The notes: generated by a model from the sequence alone, not told the origin. Shown: positions 39,271 to 49,228, counted from the first letter of the stretch. The stretch: 64,000 nt of DNA from Chloroflexota bacterium (GCA_963663275.1 OY760183.1:224001-288000); one strand, 5' to 3'. Program-made: numbers and translations.

Positions 39271-39488
39271 CGGTATGTGCTTCGACACGCTCAGCACGAA
39301 CGGTACGTGCTTCGACAGGCTCAGCACGAACGGTATGGGCTTCGACAAGCTCAGCACGAACGGTACGGGCTTCGACAAGCTCAGCACGAACGGTGTGTGC
39401 TTCGACAAGCTCAGCACGAACGGTATGGGCTTCGACAAGCTCAGCACGAACGGTGTGTGCTTCGACGAGCTCACCACGAACGGTACGT
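39271..39488. repeat. 30-bp tandem repeat x7 of a REP-like hairpin (cggtatgtgcttcgacaagctcagcacgaa)
   Basis: Head-to-tail units with no spacers; isolated copies at ~24352, 33052, 33117 and 56077. Confidence 0.95.
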
Positions 39489-39564
39489 AGGCCACGGTAC
39501 TTGGGCAATTGCAGTATCCTACACGCTTCGTAACATACATTTCTGGATTGGGAAGGTGACGTCT

Positions 39565-40791
39565 ATGCGCGACCCATTGACCATTGCGCGATCGATCGGC
39601 GACCGCTTTGCCGGCTGGCAGGGCACAATCGGGCGGCCCGACCCGCAGAAGTGTCCCTTCGTCACGACCGGCAGCAGTTTCGGTCCCACGCATGCGCACT
39701 CGCCGCCGTACCTCGCACAGGCGCTTTACCGGCTCTATGAGCGCACCAATGAACCGCGCTATAAAGAGGCGGCGGACCGCTACGCGGTCTTTTCATTCAG
39801 CTTCGTCCGCGACCCGGTCCCGCCGGTGGCCGACCGGCAGCGAAATCTGCGGCTGAGTGAGAGGATGGAGCGGGATCCAACGAGCGTCGGCGATCCGCGC
39901 ACCGTCAATAATCTCTTCAGCCGCTCGTGGATGCAAGGCGTCGGACTGTGGTGCTATGGCGAGTTCCGCATGCACAACCCGGACGAAACGTGCTTCGACG
40001 CCCGGGCCGATTCGCTCTTCGACTACTTGCAGCAGCATCGCACCGATCGGGGTCATGCCTACAACATCGGCTATCCGCCTTCGAACTGCCAAGACCCGGC
40101 CATTACCGACGGCGCCTTCACCGACGATCTGCGGTGGGTCGGCATGGGCCTGGTGCACTACTATGAGCAGTCGCGGCGGGATGACGTGTTGGCGTCAGCG
40201 GTGCGTTTGGCCGACTACTACCTTCGCCGCCATGAAGCGGGTTCGCCGGACGGCGCTTTCGTTGAGTCATTGGGCACGTGGTGCATAGGCCCGTGGCCCA
40301 CGGAGATTGCCGCCGAGCACTTTCCCAGCGTGCGCATGGATGAGACCGGCTGGGGTTTTACGGCACGCGGCGCGGTGGAGTTTCTCACGCGGTTACACGG
40401 GTGGTTGCCGGACGGGCATCCGCGCGCGGCGCTGATGCGCGACCGCTGCACGCGCTCGGTCGCCTGGCAGTTCTCTTGCCAGTTTCCGGATGGCGCGGTC
40501 GGCATGCACACCCAGGACGATCACTGGCTGGGCATGACCGCGGCGGCCCTCCTGGCCTATGATCACATACGCGCCGTCGGGTGGGTGAACGCCGCATTCG
40601 AGGATCTCGTGCGCTCGAAGGCGGCGCGGGCGACGGAGTGGTTGCTTACAAATGCCACGGAAGATTTCATTGATCAAGGCGGTTACCGTAAGGTTACGGG
40701 CAGAACCACGCCGCGCCCACCGGAAAACCTGGCCTGGCTGCTTGGTTGGACGCTTGAAGCGCTGCTGCGGATTGAGGCTGACGCACTGTGA
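39565..40791 (+). CDS. Hypothetical alpha/alpha-barrel protein, GH76/six-hairpin-glycosidase-like
   Basis: Repeated helical motifs (LYRLYERTNEPRYKEAA; LVHYYEQSRRDDVLASA) and FTDDLRW resembling the GH76 DDxxW motif. Confidence 0.6.
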   Translation: MRDPLTIARSIGDRFAGWQGTIGRPDPQKCPFVTTGSSFGPTHAHSPPYLAQALYRLYERTNEPRYKEAADRYAVFSFSFVRDPVPPVADRQRNLRLSERMERDPTSVGDPRTVNNLFSRSWMQGVGLWCYGEFRMHNPDETCFDARADSLFDYLQQHRTDRGHAYNIGYPPSNCQDPAITDGAFTDDLRWVGMGLVHYYEQSRRDDVLASAVRLADYYLRRHEAGSPDGAFVESLGTWCIGPWPTEIAAEHFPSVRMDETGWGFTARGAVEFLTRLHGWLPDGHPRAALMRDRCTRSVAWQFSCQFPDGAVGMHTQDDHWLGMTAAALLAYDHIRAVGWVNAAFEDLVRSKAARATEWLLTNATEDFIDQGGYRKVTGRTTPRPPENLAWLLGWTLEALLRIEADAL

Positions 40792-40862
40792 GGCGGGGAC
40801 ACAAGATACAAGAGCGGGAGCCGGCGGCAATCACACTCGCCGGGACGGCGCCCTACGGCGTG

Positions 40863-41228
40863 CTACACTTCTCCTGCCGGCGCGCCCCAGATCAGGAGCA
40901 ACTTCAGCGTCTCGCCGCCGGTGTTGCGGAAACCGTGGTCAACCCCGGGAGGCGCCATGACGGCGTCTCCCGCCCGCACCGGCAGTTCCTTCCCGTTCAT
41001 CCACATGACGCCTTGGCCCTGGATGAAGTAGTAGAACTCCTCCAGCGCGTCGTCGCCGTCGTGGATATGGGAGCCCTCGCTCGCGCCCGGCGGCAGTTCC
41101 CATACCTCGACGCGAACGGGCAGCCGCGTGGCGTCCCGGAAGAACCGCCGGCGCGTGATCACACCGTCGCCTTCGTGGATGGCGGGCGTGTCAATCACGT
41201 CCGCCGCTTCGTTCTGCTTCCATGCCAT
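40863..41228 (-). CDS. Cupin domain protein
   Basis: LPPGASEGSHIH...EEFYYF..G.G, GDAVMAPPGVDHGFRN. Confidence 0.9.
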   Translation of the reverse strand: MAWKQNEAADVIDTPAIHEGDGVITRRRFFRDATRLPVRVEVWELPPGASEGSHIHDGDDALEEFYYFIQGQGVMWMNGKELPVRAGDAVMAPPGVDHGFRNTGGETLKLLLIWGAPAGEV

Positions 41229-41412
41229 CCCGCACCTCCGAGCCTACTGGTTTGGACTCCAGTATAACGCTCTCCACGCCTCAGATGTGGCGCTGCCGGC
41301 GTGCCAAACCTACTCATTGCGGTGACTCTGGTATTCTTGGATAGAATCTGTAGAGAAGCCCCGATGTTCGGCCTGGCGCGTCTCGCCCGCGTAGTGAAAC
41401 CGAATAAGTGGC

Positions 41413-41614
41413 GGGAATTAGTGGCGCTAGACTTGGTAGCTCTATGGGGCTGCGTTTCTGTCATTCCGAGCGCAGCGAGGAATCTAGAATGCCCGCACAC
41501 GAGATTCTTCGTCGCTGCGCTCCTCAGAATGACAGATCGGGAAGTCACATTGGGTGTGGCTGCGAGCGACAATCCGCTTGTCTCCACAAAGTAAGTCTGA
41601 ATCTACTAATTCCC
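41413..41614. mobile_element. 202-bp MITE with GGGAATTAGT termini and 8-bp TSD
   Basis: TIR gggaattagtggcgctagactt / aagtctgaatctactaattccc; flanks taagtggc vs taaatggc; carries a GTCATTC REP doublet (41460-41534). Confidence 0.75.
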
Positions 41615-41714
41615 TAAATGGCGGCGCTCGAGTCTTGCCCGGCCATTACGCGGCAACCCACGGAGCGCGCGTGGCAGTTAGGGAGGGCGCACGGAATATG
41701 GGAAGCAATGAGTA

Positions 41715-43037
41715 ATGAGTCGCGGTCGTAAGATCCGGCAACGTGAACCGGTAGAGATGACGCTCACCGGCATGGCGCATCGCGGGCCGGCGGTGGGGCG
41801 CGTGGACGGGCAGGTGGTCTTCGCCTTCTACGGCATACCGGGCGAGCGCGTGCGCGTGCAACTGGAGCGGCGGCGCAAGAAATTCCTGCACGGGCGCGTG
41901 GTAGAGACGCTGGAACCGTCGCCGGACCGCGTCGAGCCGTCGTGCCCCTACTACGGCGCGTGCGGCGGCTGCCAGTGGCAGCACGTGGACTACCCGGCCC
42001 AGGTGCGCCTGAAGCGGCAGGTGGTGGAAGAGCACTTTGCCCGCATCGGCAAGCAGCCGGTCGCCATCGACGCCGTGCACACGCCGCCAACGCCCTGGGA
42101 ATACCGCTACGGCTGCGAAATCGCCCTCTCGCGGGAGGCCGGCTTCCGGCAGCGCGGCAGCCGGCGCGTGGTGGAAGTCGAGCGGTGCGCCATCAGCCAT
42201 CCGCTCATTTCACAACTGCTGGCGACGTTGAACGGCATGATCAAAGACGGCCTCATGCCCGACCTCTGGGGACGCAACTGGGTGGAGACGCGGGTGATCC
42301 CCCAGGGCGATACCGCGAAACTGGCGCTGATACTGGAAGGCGTGCGCAACGTGGACCTGAAGGCGGAACCGGAACTGCGCGCCGCGCTGGAGGCGCTCGC
42401 CACGATTCCGGAGGCGGTGAGCGTCTGCTACCGCACGCCCAGCGGCGCGGTGGAACCCTATGCCGGTCCGGCAATGGTGGACGTGGAACTGATGGGCAAG
42501 ACGCTCCGGTTTCCGCCCGGCGCGTTCTTCCAGGCGAGCGTGGAGATGCTGCCGCTTGCGATCTCCCGTATGCGCGCCCTGGCGGCGGTGCAGTCCCATG
42601 AGACCGTGCTCGATCTCTACTGCGGCGTGGGCGTTTTCGGTCTCTTTTTGGCGGCGGACGCGGGCCGCGTGATCGGCGTGGAGGTGGACGCGCAGGCCAT
42701 CGACGCGGCGCGGCAGACGGCGGCGCAGTGGGGGCTGCGCAACGTCGAGTTTTGGGACGCGCCCGCCGAAAAGGCGACGGGAGACCTGCCAGCGGCGGAC
42801 GTGATCATCGTCGATCCGCCCCGCACCGGCCTGGACCCGCGCGTCCTGCGCGCCGCGGCCGCCAGCGCCCCCGGCCGCATCGTCTACCTCTCGTGCGAGC
42901 CGTCCACCCTGGCCCGCGACGCGGCGCTCCTGCGAGCCGAGGGCTATGGCGTGGAACGCTTGGAACTCTTCGATTTCTTTCCACAAACGTACCATATCGA
43001 AAACCTGGCGCTCTTCCGCCGCAACGAAGCGCGGTGA
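41715..43037 (+). CDS. rlmD: 23S rRNA (uracil-C5)-methyltransferase RlmD/TrmA family
   Basis: TRAM domain, CPYYGACGGC Fe-S motif, FFQ, DLYCGVG, VDPPRTG, YLSCEP.TLARD, FPQTYHIE. Confidence 0.9.
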   Translation: MSRGRKIRQREPVEMTLTGMAHRGPAVGRVDGQVVFAFYGIPGERVRVQLERRRKKFLHGRVVETLEPSPDRVEPSCPYYGACGGCQWQHVDYPAQVRLKRQVVEEHFARIGKQPVAIDAVHTPPTPWEYRYGCEIALSREAGFRQRGSRRVVEVERCAISHPLISQLLATLNGMIKDGLMPDLWGRNWVETRVIPQGDTAKLALILEGVRNVDLKAEPELRAALEALATIPEAVSVCYRTPSGAVEPYAGPAMVDVELMGKTLRFPPGAFFQASVEMLPLAISRMRALAAVQSHETVLDLYCGVGVFGLFLAADAGRVIGVEVDAQAIDAARQTAAQWGLRNVEFWDAPAEKATGDLPAADVIIVDPPRTGLDPRVLRAAAASAPGRIVYLSCEPSTLARDAALLRAEGYGVERLELFDFFPQTYHIENLALFRRNEAR

Positions 43038-43047
43038 GGTGCCTCCA

Positions 43048-43725
43048 ATGAATCCGCATCCTCGTAGCGCGGCGGCGCAACGGCGCGCGCCCGTGATCGG
43101 CATTACGGGCAACATCGGCGTTGGCAAGAGCACCGTAGCCGGCCTGCTGGCCGCCCGGGGCGTGCGCGTCATCGACGCCGATCGGGTCGTGCACGACCTC
43201 TACGCCGATCCGAACGGCGCGCTGGCGCCGGCGATCGCGGCGGCCTTTGGCGCGGGCGTCGTCGCGCCCGGCGGCGCGCTCGACCGGGCCGCCTTGGGCA
43301 GCATCGTCTTCAACGACGCCGGGGCGCTGGCCGCCTTGGAGCGGCTCGTGCATCCGGCGGTCGTGGCGGCCGTGGAGCGGGACGTGCGCGCCGCCGCGCC
43401 GCGCACGCCGGTGGCAATCGAGGCCGTCAAGCTCATCGAGAGCGACCTTGCCGCCTTGCTGGACGCGGTCTGGCTCGTAACGGCCGCGCCCGCAATACAG
43501 GCGGCGCGTCTGCGGGCGAAAGGCATGGCGGACGACGAAGCGCGGCGGCGCATCGAGGCGCAGACGCCGCCCGCGGAGAAGATCGCCCTGCTGCGGCGCA
43601 AGCGCGGCGCGTCGGCGCCGGTGATGAGGATTGACAATACAGGCACGCTGGCGCAATTGCGGCGCGCCGTGGACAACGCCTGGCAGTCTATGCAGGCCGC
43701 TTTGAGCAATACGGAGGAAAGGTAG
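43048..43725 (+). CDS. coaE: Dephospho-CoA kinase
   Basis: IGITGNIGVGKST, IDAD, LDR..LG..VF, HP, EA.KLIE, RI.AQ, IDN.G. Confidence 0.93.
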   Translation: MNPHPRSAAAQRRAPVIGITGNIGVGKSTVAGLLAARGVRVIDADRVVHDLYADPNGALAPAIAAAFGAGVVAPGGALDRAALGSIVFNDAGALAALERLVHPAVVAAVERDVRAAAPRTPVAIEAVKLIESDLAALLDAVWLVTAAPAIQAARLRAKGMADDEARRRIEAQTPPAEKIALLRRKRGASAPVMRIDNTGTLAQLRRAVDNAWQSMQAALSNTEER

Positions 43726-43729
43726 CATC

Positions 43730-44341
43730 ATGCCCTGGACCGCCATCGGACTCGCCTGCGCCGCCGGGCAAAACCCCTATGCGGCCTTGTTCATCCTGGC
43801 AGTGCTGGCGCGCTCCGACGACGTGCCGCTGGCGCTGCAATCCCCGTTCACCTTCCTGACCCAGCCCGCGGTGATTGGCGCGCTCTTCGTGCTCACCGGG
43901 GCGCAGGTGTTCGTCGACAAGCATCCGCGCTGGTGGCGATTTGAAGCCGTGACCGGCGCGGCGGCCCGGCCCGTGTGCGCCGCCGTGAGCGTGCTCAGCC
44001 TGCTCGATACCGACGGCGGGGTGTGGCTGTGGGCGGCGGCGGCCGTGGCCGCCGCGCTGTGCAGTCACGCCGTCCGCCTGCGCCTGCGCCGCCAGCTCGC
44101 GCGCAGCCTGTCCGGCATGGGGTACTTTCCGGCCAGCCTGACGCTGGATAGCGCCGCCTTGATTACCGGACTGCTCGCGGTCCTCGCGCCGGTTGCCGGC
44201 GCCGCGGCGGGCATAGCCGCCCTCGGCGGCTCAGCGGGCCTCTCCCTGCGCCTGCCCTCCACGCCGGACGCCCCCAGCGAAGCGGAACCGTCCAGCGATG
44301 CGGAATCCCCCGGCGAAGCGGAACCGTCCAGCAAGGCATAA
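43730..44341 (+). CDS. DUF4126-like membrane protein
   Basis: GLA.AAG.N.Y N-terminus and FVDKHP motif; repetitive acidic tail. Confidence 0.7.
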   Translation: MPWTAIGLACAAGQNPYAALFILAVLARSDDVPLALQSPFTFLTQPAVIGALFVLTGAQVFVDKHPRWWRFEAVTGAAARPVCAAVSVLSLLDTDGGVWLWAAAAVAAALCSHAVRLRLRRQLARSLSGMGYFPASLTLDSAALITGLLAVLAPVAGAAAGIAALGGSAGLSLRLPSTPDAPSEAEPSSDAESPGEAEPSSKA

Positions 44342-44405
44342 TCCTCCGGCGAAGCGGAGTCCACCAAGCATACGTAGCCGACGCTGCTCCGTTTCCCTCT
44401 CCCTG

Positions 44406-44705
44406 GCTGACAAGGGGAACGCAGGTGTCATTTGTATGTTGTAAAAGGCGGGGAGATAGGGGAAAGTGAGGAGGAAGCGCGAGGGGGCGCGTCGCTTGTC
44501 ATTCCGAGCGGAGCGAGGAATCTAGGGTCGATGCCCCAAAACTCGCATAGCTGGCTCGGCGTCCCAAATCGCATAGCTAGCTCAGCGCCCCCACAACCCG
44601 CATAGCTGGCTCGGCGCCCTAGATTCCTCTCTCCGCTGCGCTCCGTTCGGAATGACAGGGGAAGCCGTTTACCCCTGCTCCGGCGGGGGACAAGCCCCCG
44701 CGCTA
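44406..44705. repeat. Degenerate family A element whose REP-doublet loop holds 3 tandem cgcatagctggctcggcg units
   Basis: cctctccctgg|ctgacaagggg left end; GTCATTCCGAGCGG...GGAATGAC arms at 44498-44657. Confidence 0.65.
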
Positions 44706-44875
44706 CGGTGACACGACTCCTCTATGCACAAATGCCCGCGCTGCGTTGACGCGACACCTCCAGGGTGAAGGGGAGGGGGATTCCTCCAGTTCCCTCTTCT
44801 TGGGGGGCGCAGCCGCCCCTCCGGTTCCCTCTCCCTGGGGGGAGAGGGTTAGGGTGAGGGGGATTCCGCTTGCGC

Positions 44876-46633
44876 CTAGAGCAGGTGCAGCAGGTCGTTC
44901 CGCACGAAGAAGTAGAAGTCCTGCGAGCCGATCGGTTGCGGCATCTTGCGACTCACCAGCCAGGACGTGAAGTTGCCGCGCGTCTGGGAATTGGTGATGA
45001 ATTCCAGCCAAAACGTCGGGCGCAAGTCCCGGTAGAGCGCCTCCGGGAACCACCAGCGCAGCTTGTAGCGGAACGGCACGTAGTTGCCCAGGTGTTCGCT
45101 GGCGTTCTCAAACTCGCTGGCGGTCACGATCACAAACGCCGCCTCGCCGGGATCGCCGATTTTCGATATGTAGGCTACCTTGGTGTAATCGCGCAGATAC
45201 CACGCGAACGGCCAGGAGTCTTCATTGTCGATGATGCCGATCACTTCCGTGCCGCCGGTGAGCATGCGGGACATCTGCTCGATTTGCGCGGCCACGTAGG
45301 GCACGTCCGGGCTGGTCTGCACGTAGACCAGCGTGTCGCGCGGCGTATCCGCGTGCGCGAACGTCAGCGGCAGCCCGGTGTGCAGCGCGTAGACGCCAAT
45401 CACGACGCAGAGGCCCAGCGCGATACGATGGCGGCGCAGGCCGTTTGGCTCCGAAAACTGCTGCCCCAGGAAGCGCGCCACCAGCAGGATGCCGGGCAAC
45501 GAGATGTGCAGCACCAGCCAGGGCATGCGCTCGCCCGCCAGCGAGTAGAGCACAACCGCCGCGACGAACCAGAAGCAGAGAAAGCGATCGGCCAGCGCGC
45601 CGCGCCGGCCCAGCCGCCACAGCGCCGGCAGCGCAAAGGCCGCCACCATCAACTCGTAGAGCGGCAGTTGCATGAAGTAGTACCAGACCGGCTGGTTGCC
45701 CCGGCTCACGTCCTGCTGCGCCAACCAGTACTCCAGCGCCTTGATGATGCCGCTGGCAAAGTCCTGGGGATGCGTGTAGAACGCGGTATAGAACGTGACG
45801 AAGATGAGCACGAACGTCACGATGCCGGCCAGGAGCAGCGAGCGTTCGTGCCAGAGGTCGGCAAGCGCGCTCCGCACCGACTCGTGGCTGGGCAGGCGGC
45901 CGCCGCGCGCGGGCATGAACATCTCCCGCAGATAGCGAAACACGATGAAGGCCACGATGATCGCCAGGGTGATGTAGGTATTCTCCTTGGAGGCCAGCGA
46001 AAGCGCCGCCGCCGCCGCGCCCAGGTAGACGTACCAGCGTTGCCTGGTGTGCAGCCAGCCAAAGAGCGCCAGCACGATGAGCATGGTCCAGGCCACCACG
46101 TAGATGTCGTTGCGCGCGAACCGGGAGAAGTAGAGCAGCGGCGGCGAAATGGCCATGAAAACGGCGGCCAGCACCATGCCGCCGCGCCCCAGATAGGGTT
46201 TCAGCGGAAAGACCAGCAGCACGGAGAGCACGCCGAACAAGGCCGGGCCAAAGCGCGCTACCGCGTCGCTGACGCCAAAGAGGAAGTACATGAAGGCGGT
46301 GAAGTAGAACTGGAACGGCCCGTGCAGCACCGGGTTGTAGCGGTAGTCGAACGAGCGGTAGATGTCCCACGCGAAGCGCGCGTGCATGCTCTCGTCGTGG
46401 TGCAGGGCGCGCGTGCCCAGGTCGTAGAACCGCGTAAAGCAGACGAACGCCATCACGCCCAGGATCACCAGCGCCTGCCAGCGGGTCAGCCCGAAGTGGG
46501 TTTCCACGCGCAGCCAGGCCGCAATCGCGGGCCAATCGGCGGCTTTCGCGTCCAGCGGAGACGACTCGTTGCGCTGCCGCTGCCTGCCCGGCTGCGGTTT
46601 CGTTCCCCGCGATGTCGCTTTCTTAGGAGGCAT
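44876..46633 (-). CDS. TIGR03663/Agl23-like GT-C (PMT-type) membrane protein
   Basis: RFYDLG.RALHHDES.HA, YRYNPVLHGP, YFSRFARND, ASKEN, LVYVQTS, WPFAWYLR. Confidence 0.85.
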   Translation of the reverse strand: MPPKKATSRGTKPQPGRQRQRNESSPLDAKAADWPAIAAWLRVETHFGLTRWQALVILGVMAFVCFTRFYDLGTRALHHDESMHARFAWDIYRSFDYRYNPVLHGPFQFYFTAFMYFLFGVSDAVARFGPALFGVLSVLLVFPLKPYLGRGGMVLAAVFMAISPPLLYFSRFARNDIYVVAWTMLIVLALFGWLHTRQRWYVYLGAAAAALSLASKENTYITLAIIVAFIVFRYLREMFMPARGGRLPSHESVRSALADLWHERSLLLAGIVTFVLIFVTFYTAFYTHPQDFASGIIKALEYWLAQQDVSRGNQPVWYYFMQLPLYELMVAAFALPALWRLGRRGALADRFLCFWFVAAVVLYSLAGERMPWLVLHISLPGILLVARFLGQQFSEPNGLRRHRIALGLCVVIGVYALHTGLPLTFAHADTPRDTLVYVQTSPDVPYVAAQIEQMSRMLTGGTEVIGIIDNEDSWPFAWYLRDYTKVAYISKIGDPGEAAFVIVTASEFENASEHLGNYVPFRYKLRWWFPEALYRDLRPTFWLEFITNSQTRGNFTSWLVSRKMPQPIGSQDFYFFVRNDLLHLL

Positions 46634-49040
46634 CGGCTTTCAACACGTACACGTTGCCGCTCTGATACACCACCGGGAACCAATCCAGCAGGCGCTCCAC
46701 GTTCTCGCCGTAGAGTTGACGTTCCCAGTCACCTACAAAGATATAGTCGGCCTCGTACTTGCGCAAGAAGGCCAGGGCGCCTTCGCGCGGGGCGGCCGCG
46801 TAGAAGGCTTGCAGGTCGTTTTCGCGCTCGAACACCAGTTGGAAGTCGTCGCGCCACAGGTGCTCGTGCTGGCGCCAGCCCAGCACCGTTTGCAAGCCGG
46901 TGAAAGTGGAGACGCGGCTGTACTGGCTGTACTCCTGCCCCGAGGCCTCCACCACCACGCTATCCGATGCGGCGTTATTCTGCAACCAGGCGATGGCGGC
47001 CACCTCGTCGGCGTGGTCGCGGGCGTAGTACTTCGTGCCGTCCAGCGTCGGCGGCTCGCGTTGGAACGAGGCGAAGACGGGCGCGGTGAGCAGGCTGTAG
47101 TACAGTCCGCTCAACCCAAGCAACACCACGGCCACGCGAAAGACCCAGCTCAACGGACGCTGCCGCTCCCGCAGCCAGACGGTGGCGTAGTAGATGGCAA
47201 AGGCCACCACCGGCGCCAATAGCGTCCACACCTGGAAGTAGAGCTTGAACACGGTGTTCATGCGCATGTTCGGCGGGCCGTAGAAGTCCCGCACGTAGAA
47301 TAGCTCGCTGGCCAGGACCAGCAGCGCGGCAATGCCGACGACGACGCACACGAACGGCAGCGGCTCGCTGTACTCCCGCCGCCACAGCAGGATGCCCAGA
47401 CCGGCGATCAGGCTCAGCGCGAGGATGGCCAGCGCCGCGGAATCGATGAGCCGCGCCAGGAAGAGCGTCAACGCCACCCATCCAACCAGCGCCAGCGCGT
47501 AGGGCCGGTAGTACTCCCAGCGCGCCCCGGGTTCCGGCTGGGCAGCGGCGGCGGGGCCGCTCTGGCCGCCGTCCGCCCGCCGCCGCTGCCGGCGGGACTT
47601 GCGCCCCCGCGGCCGCGACTGCTGTTGCGGTGTGTCGGGCGCTACCCGCCGCCGCGCGGCCTGTATGCCGAGAATAACCAGAAGAACGCCCAACGGCACC
47701 AGAAAGATGCCGTACATGGTGAAGAACTGGCCGAGATTCGTGCGGAAGGGCACCAGGCCGATGCCCTGCGTGGGCGGATCGAACGTCAGGTAGAACGGCG
47801 CGAAGAACGCTAGCGCCAACGCGCCGGTGGCGGCCAGCCACGCCAGCGCGTCCTTCCACTCCCCCAGGCGACCGTGCACTTTCAGCGACACCAGCGCGCA
47901 GAGGCCCAGCAGCAGGAAGTAGGTGGGGAAGTCCCACGAGTTCAGAAAGTAGAGTCCGCCGAAGACGACGGCGCTCATCACCACCCGGCCAACGCGCGGG
48001 ATGGTGAGCAGCGCGCCGATGGCTGCCCGCGTTCGCGGGAAAGACGCGGTTATGGGCGGAAAGTCGGGATTGGCGTACCAGGTAAGCGCGGTGAATATCG
48101 CCAGCAGCGCAAAGGGCAGCGCCATGACGTGCGGGTGCAGGTCGCCCAGGATGTAGCTGAACGCCGGAAACTCGTTGATCGTATAGTCCAGCGCCGTGTC
48201 GCCCTCGATGCGGTTGACCACCCGGGTGGCGTTCCAGCCCACGCCGAACCAGAAGCCCTGGCTGAGATACTCCACCTCGGTCAACGCCTTCCAGATGGTG
48301 AAGAGGTTGCCGCTGAAGAGCAGCAGGAAGACGGCCAAGAGACCCGTGAGCGTGCCGGCGCGGGGTTTCTTGATCCCACCGCCGGCCTGGAAGCGCTTCA
48401 ACAGGCTGAAGCCGATGCCGTACGCCCCCAGGCCGCTGAGGGCGAAGAAGAGCGCCAACGCCAGATTGTAGGTGACTGCGGAGGAGATGCCCGTAAGGCG
48501 CGTGAAGAAGGCCACGATGAGGTAGCCAAAGTAGTAGTAGTTTACCGAGAGTCCCCCGGCCCAGGCGTCGTGGGGCGGCATGGACGAGGATTGCAGGATG
48601 CTGTTCACCAGCATGAGGTCCATGAACTTCTCGGTGCCCATCACCTCCGGCGCGTACTGGCGCAGCAGCGCGTAGCCGCCCAGCAGTATCAAGAAGAGGG
48701 CTTCCACCACGTAGACCTGATGCCCCAGCGGCTGCCGCAGCGTGTCCACGCGCACGCCGCAGCGCCAGACGACCAGCGCCGACAACGCGCCCAGCAGGAT
48801 GAACACCACGATGAGCGCCCACAGGGTGTTCGGCAGGATGCGCAACGACATCAGGAACCAGCCGAGGAAGCCAAACAGCAGGATGCCAAGGGTCTTGGCG
48901 AAGGGATAGCCGGCCAGCGGCATGGAACGGAAGAGCAGCCAGGTAAGCGGCAGCGTCACCAGGCTGACGGCCTGCGCCGCCAGCCACCACAGCAGGATGT
49001 ACCCGATGGTTGTCACCGTTACCGCTTCACTCTCGCCCAA
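46623..49040 (-). CDS. DUF2298 (Chloroflexi/Archaea YYY) membrane protein
   Basis: GTEKFMD, PPHDAW.GG...NYYYFG, TINEFP.FSY.LGDLHPH, NSWDFPTY, RMNTVFKLY, TVLGW..HE.LWR. Confidence 0.9.
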   Translation of the reverse strand: MGESEAVTVTTIGYILLWWLAAQAVSLVTLPLTWLLFRSMPLAGYPFAKTLGILLFGFLGWFLMSLRILPNTLWALIVVFILLGALSALVVWRCGVRVDTLRQPLGHQVYVVEALFLILLGGYALLRQYAPEVMGTEKFMDLMLVNSILQSSSMPPHDAWAGGLSVNYYYFGYLIVAFFTRLTGISSAVTYNLALALFFALSGLGAYGIGFSLLKRFQAGGGIKKPRAGTLTGLLAVFLLLFSGNLFTIWKALTEVEYLSQGFWFGVGWNATRVVNRIEGDTALDYTINEFPAFSYILGDLHPHVMALPFALLAIFTALTWYANPDFPPITASFPRTRAAIGALLTIPRVGRVVMSAVVFGGLYFLNSWDFPTYFLLLGLCALVSLKVHGRLGEWKDALAWLAATGALALAFFAPFYLTFDPPTQGIGLVPFRTNLGQFFTMYGIFLVPLGVLLVILGIQAARRRVAPDTPQQQSRPRGRKSRRQRRRADGGQSGPAAAAQPEPGARWEYYRPYALALVGWVALTLFLARLIDSAALAILALSLIAGLGILLWRREYSEPLPFVCVVVGIAALLVLASELFYVRDFYGPPNMRMNTVFKLYFQVWTLLAPVVAFAIYYATVWLRERQRPLSWVFRVAVVLLGLSGLYYSLLTAPVFASFQREPPTLDGTKYYARDHADEVAAIAWLQNNAASDSVVVEASGQEYSQYSRVSTFTGLQTVLGWRQHEHLWRDDFQLVFERENDLQAFYAAAPREGALAFLRKYEADYIFVGDWERQLYGENVERLLDWFPVVYQSGNVYVLKADAS

Positions 49041-49228
49041 TTAAGTCGTTGCAAGAACCCACACCGGCATGAGCACACTTCTCCCGCTCCCTCCACATTT
49101 CCCCCTCTCCCTGGAGAGAGGGCCGGCGTAAGGGGATACGCCTCACCGCACCCTCCTCATGTCCCCCTCTCCCTGGGGAGAGGGCCGGGGTGAGGGGATC
49201 TTTCACCGGCAGGCGTGCCGCTCTCCGC

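Noticed and set aside
39271-39488. Possible CRISPR array
   Set aside because: Units are head-to-tail with no unique spacers; the unit is a dispersed REP-like hairpin and there are no cas genes
38806-39564. N-terminal extension of the 661-aa ORF with VLRQAQHERY repeats
   Set aside because: It overlaps the opposite-strand enolase gene and is only the stop-free tandem repeat; a start at 39565 with a GGAAGG RBS is more plausible
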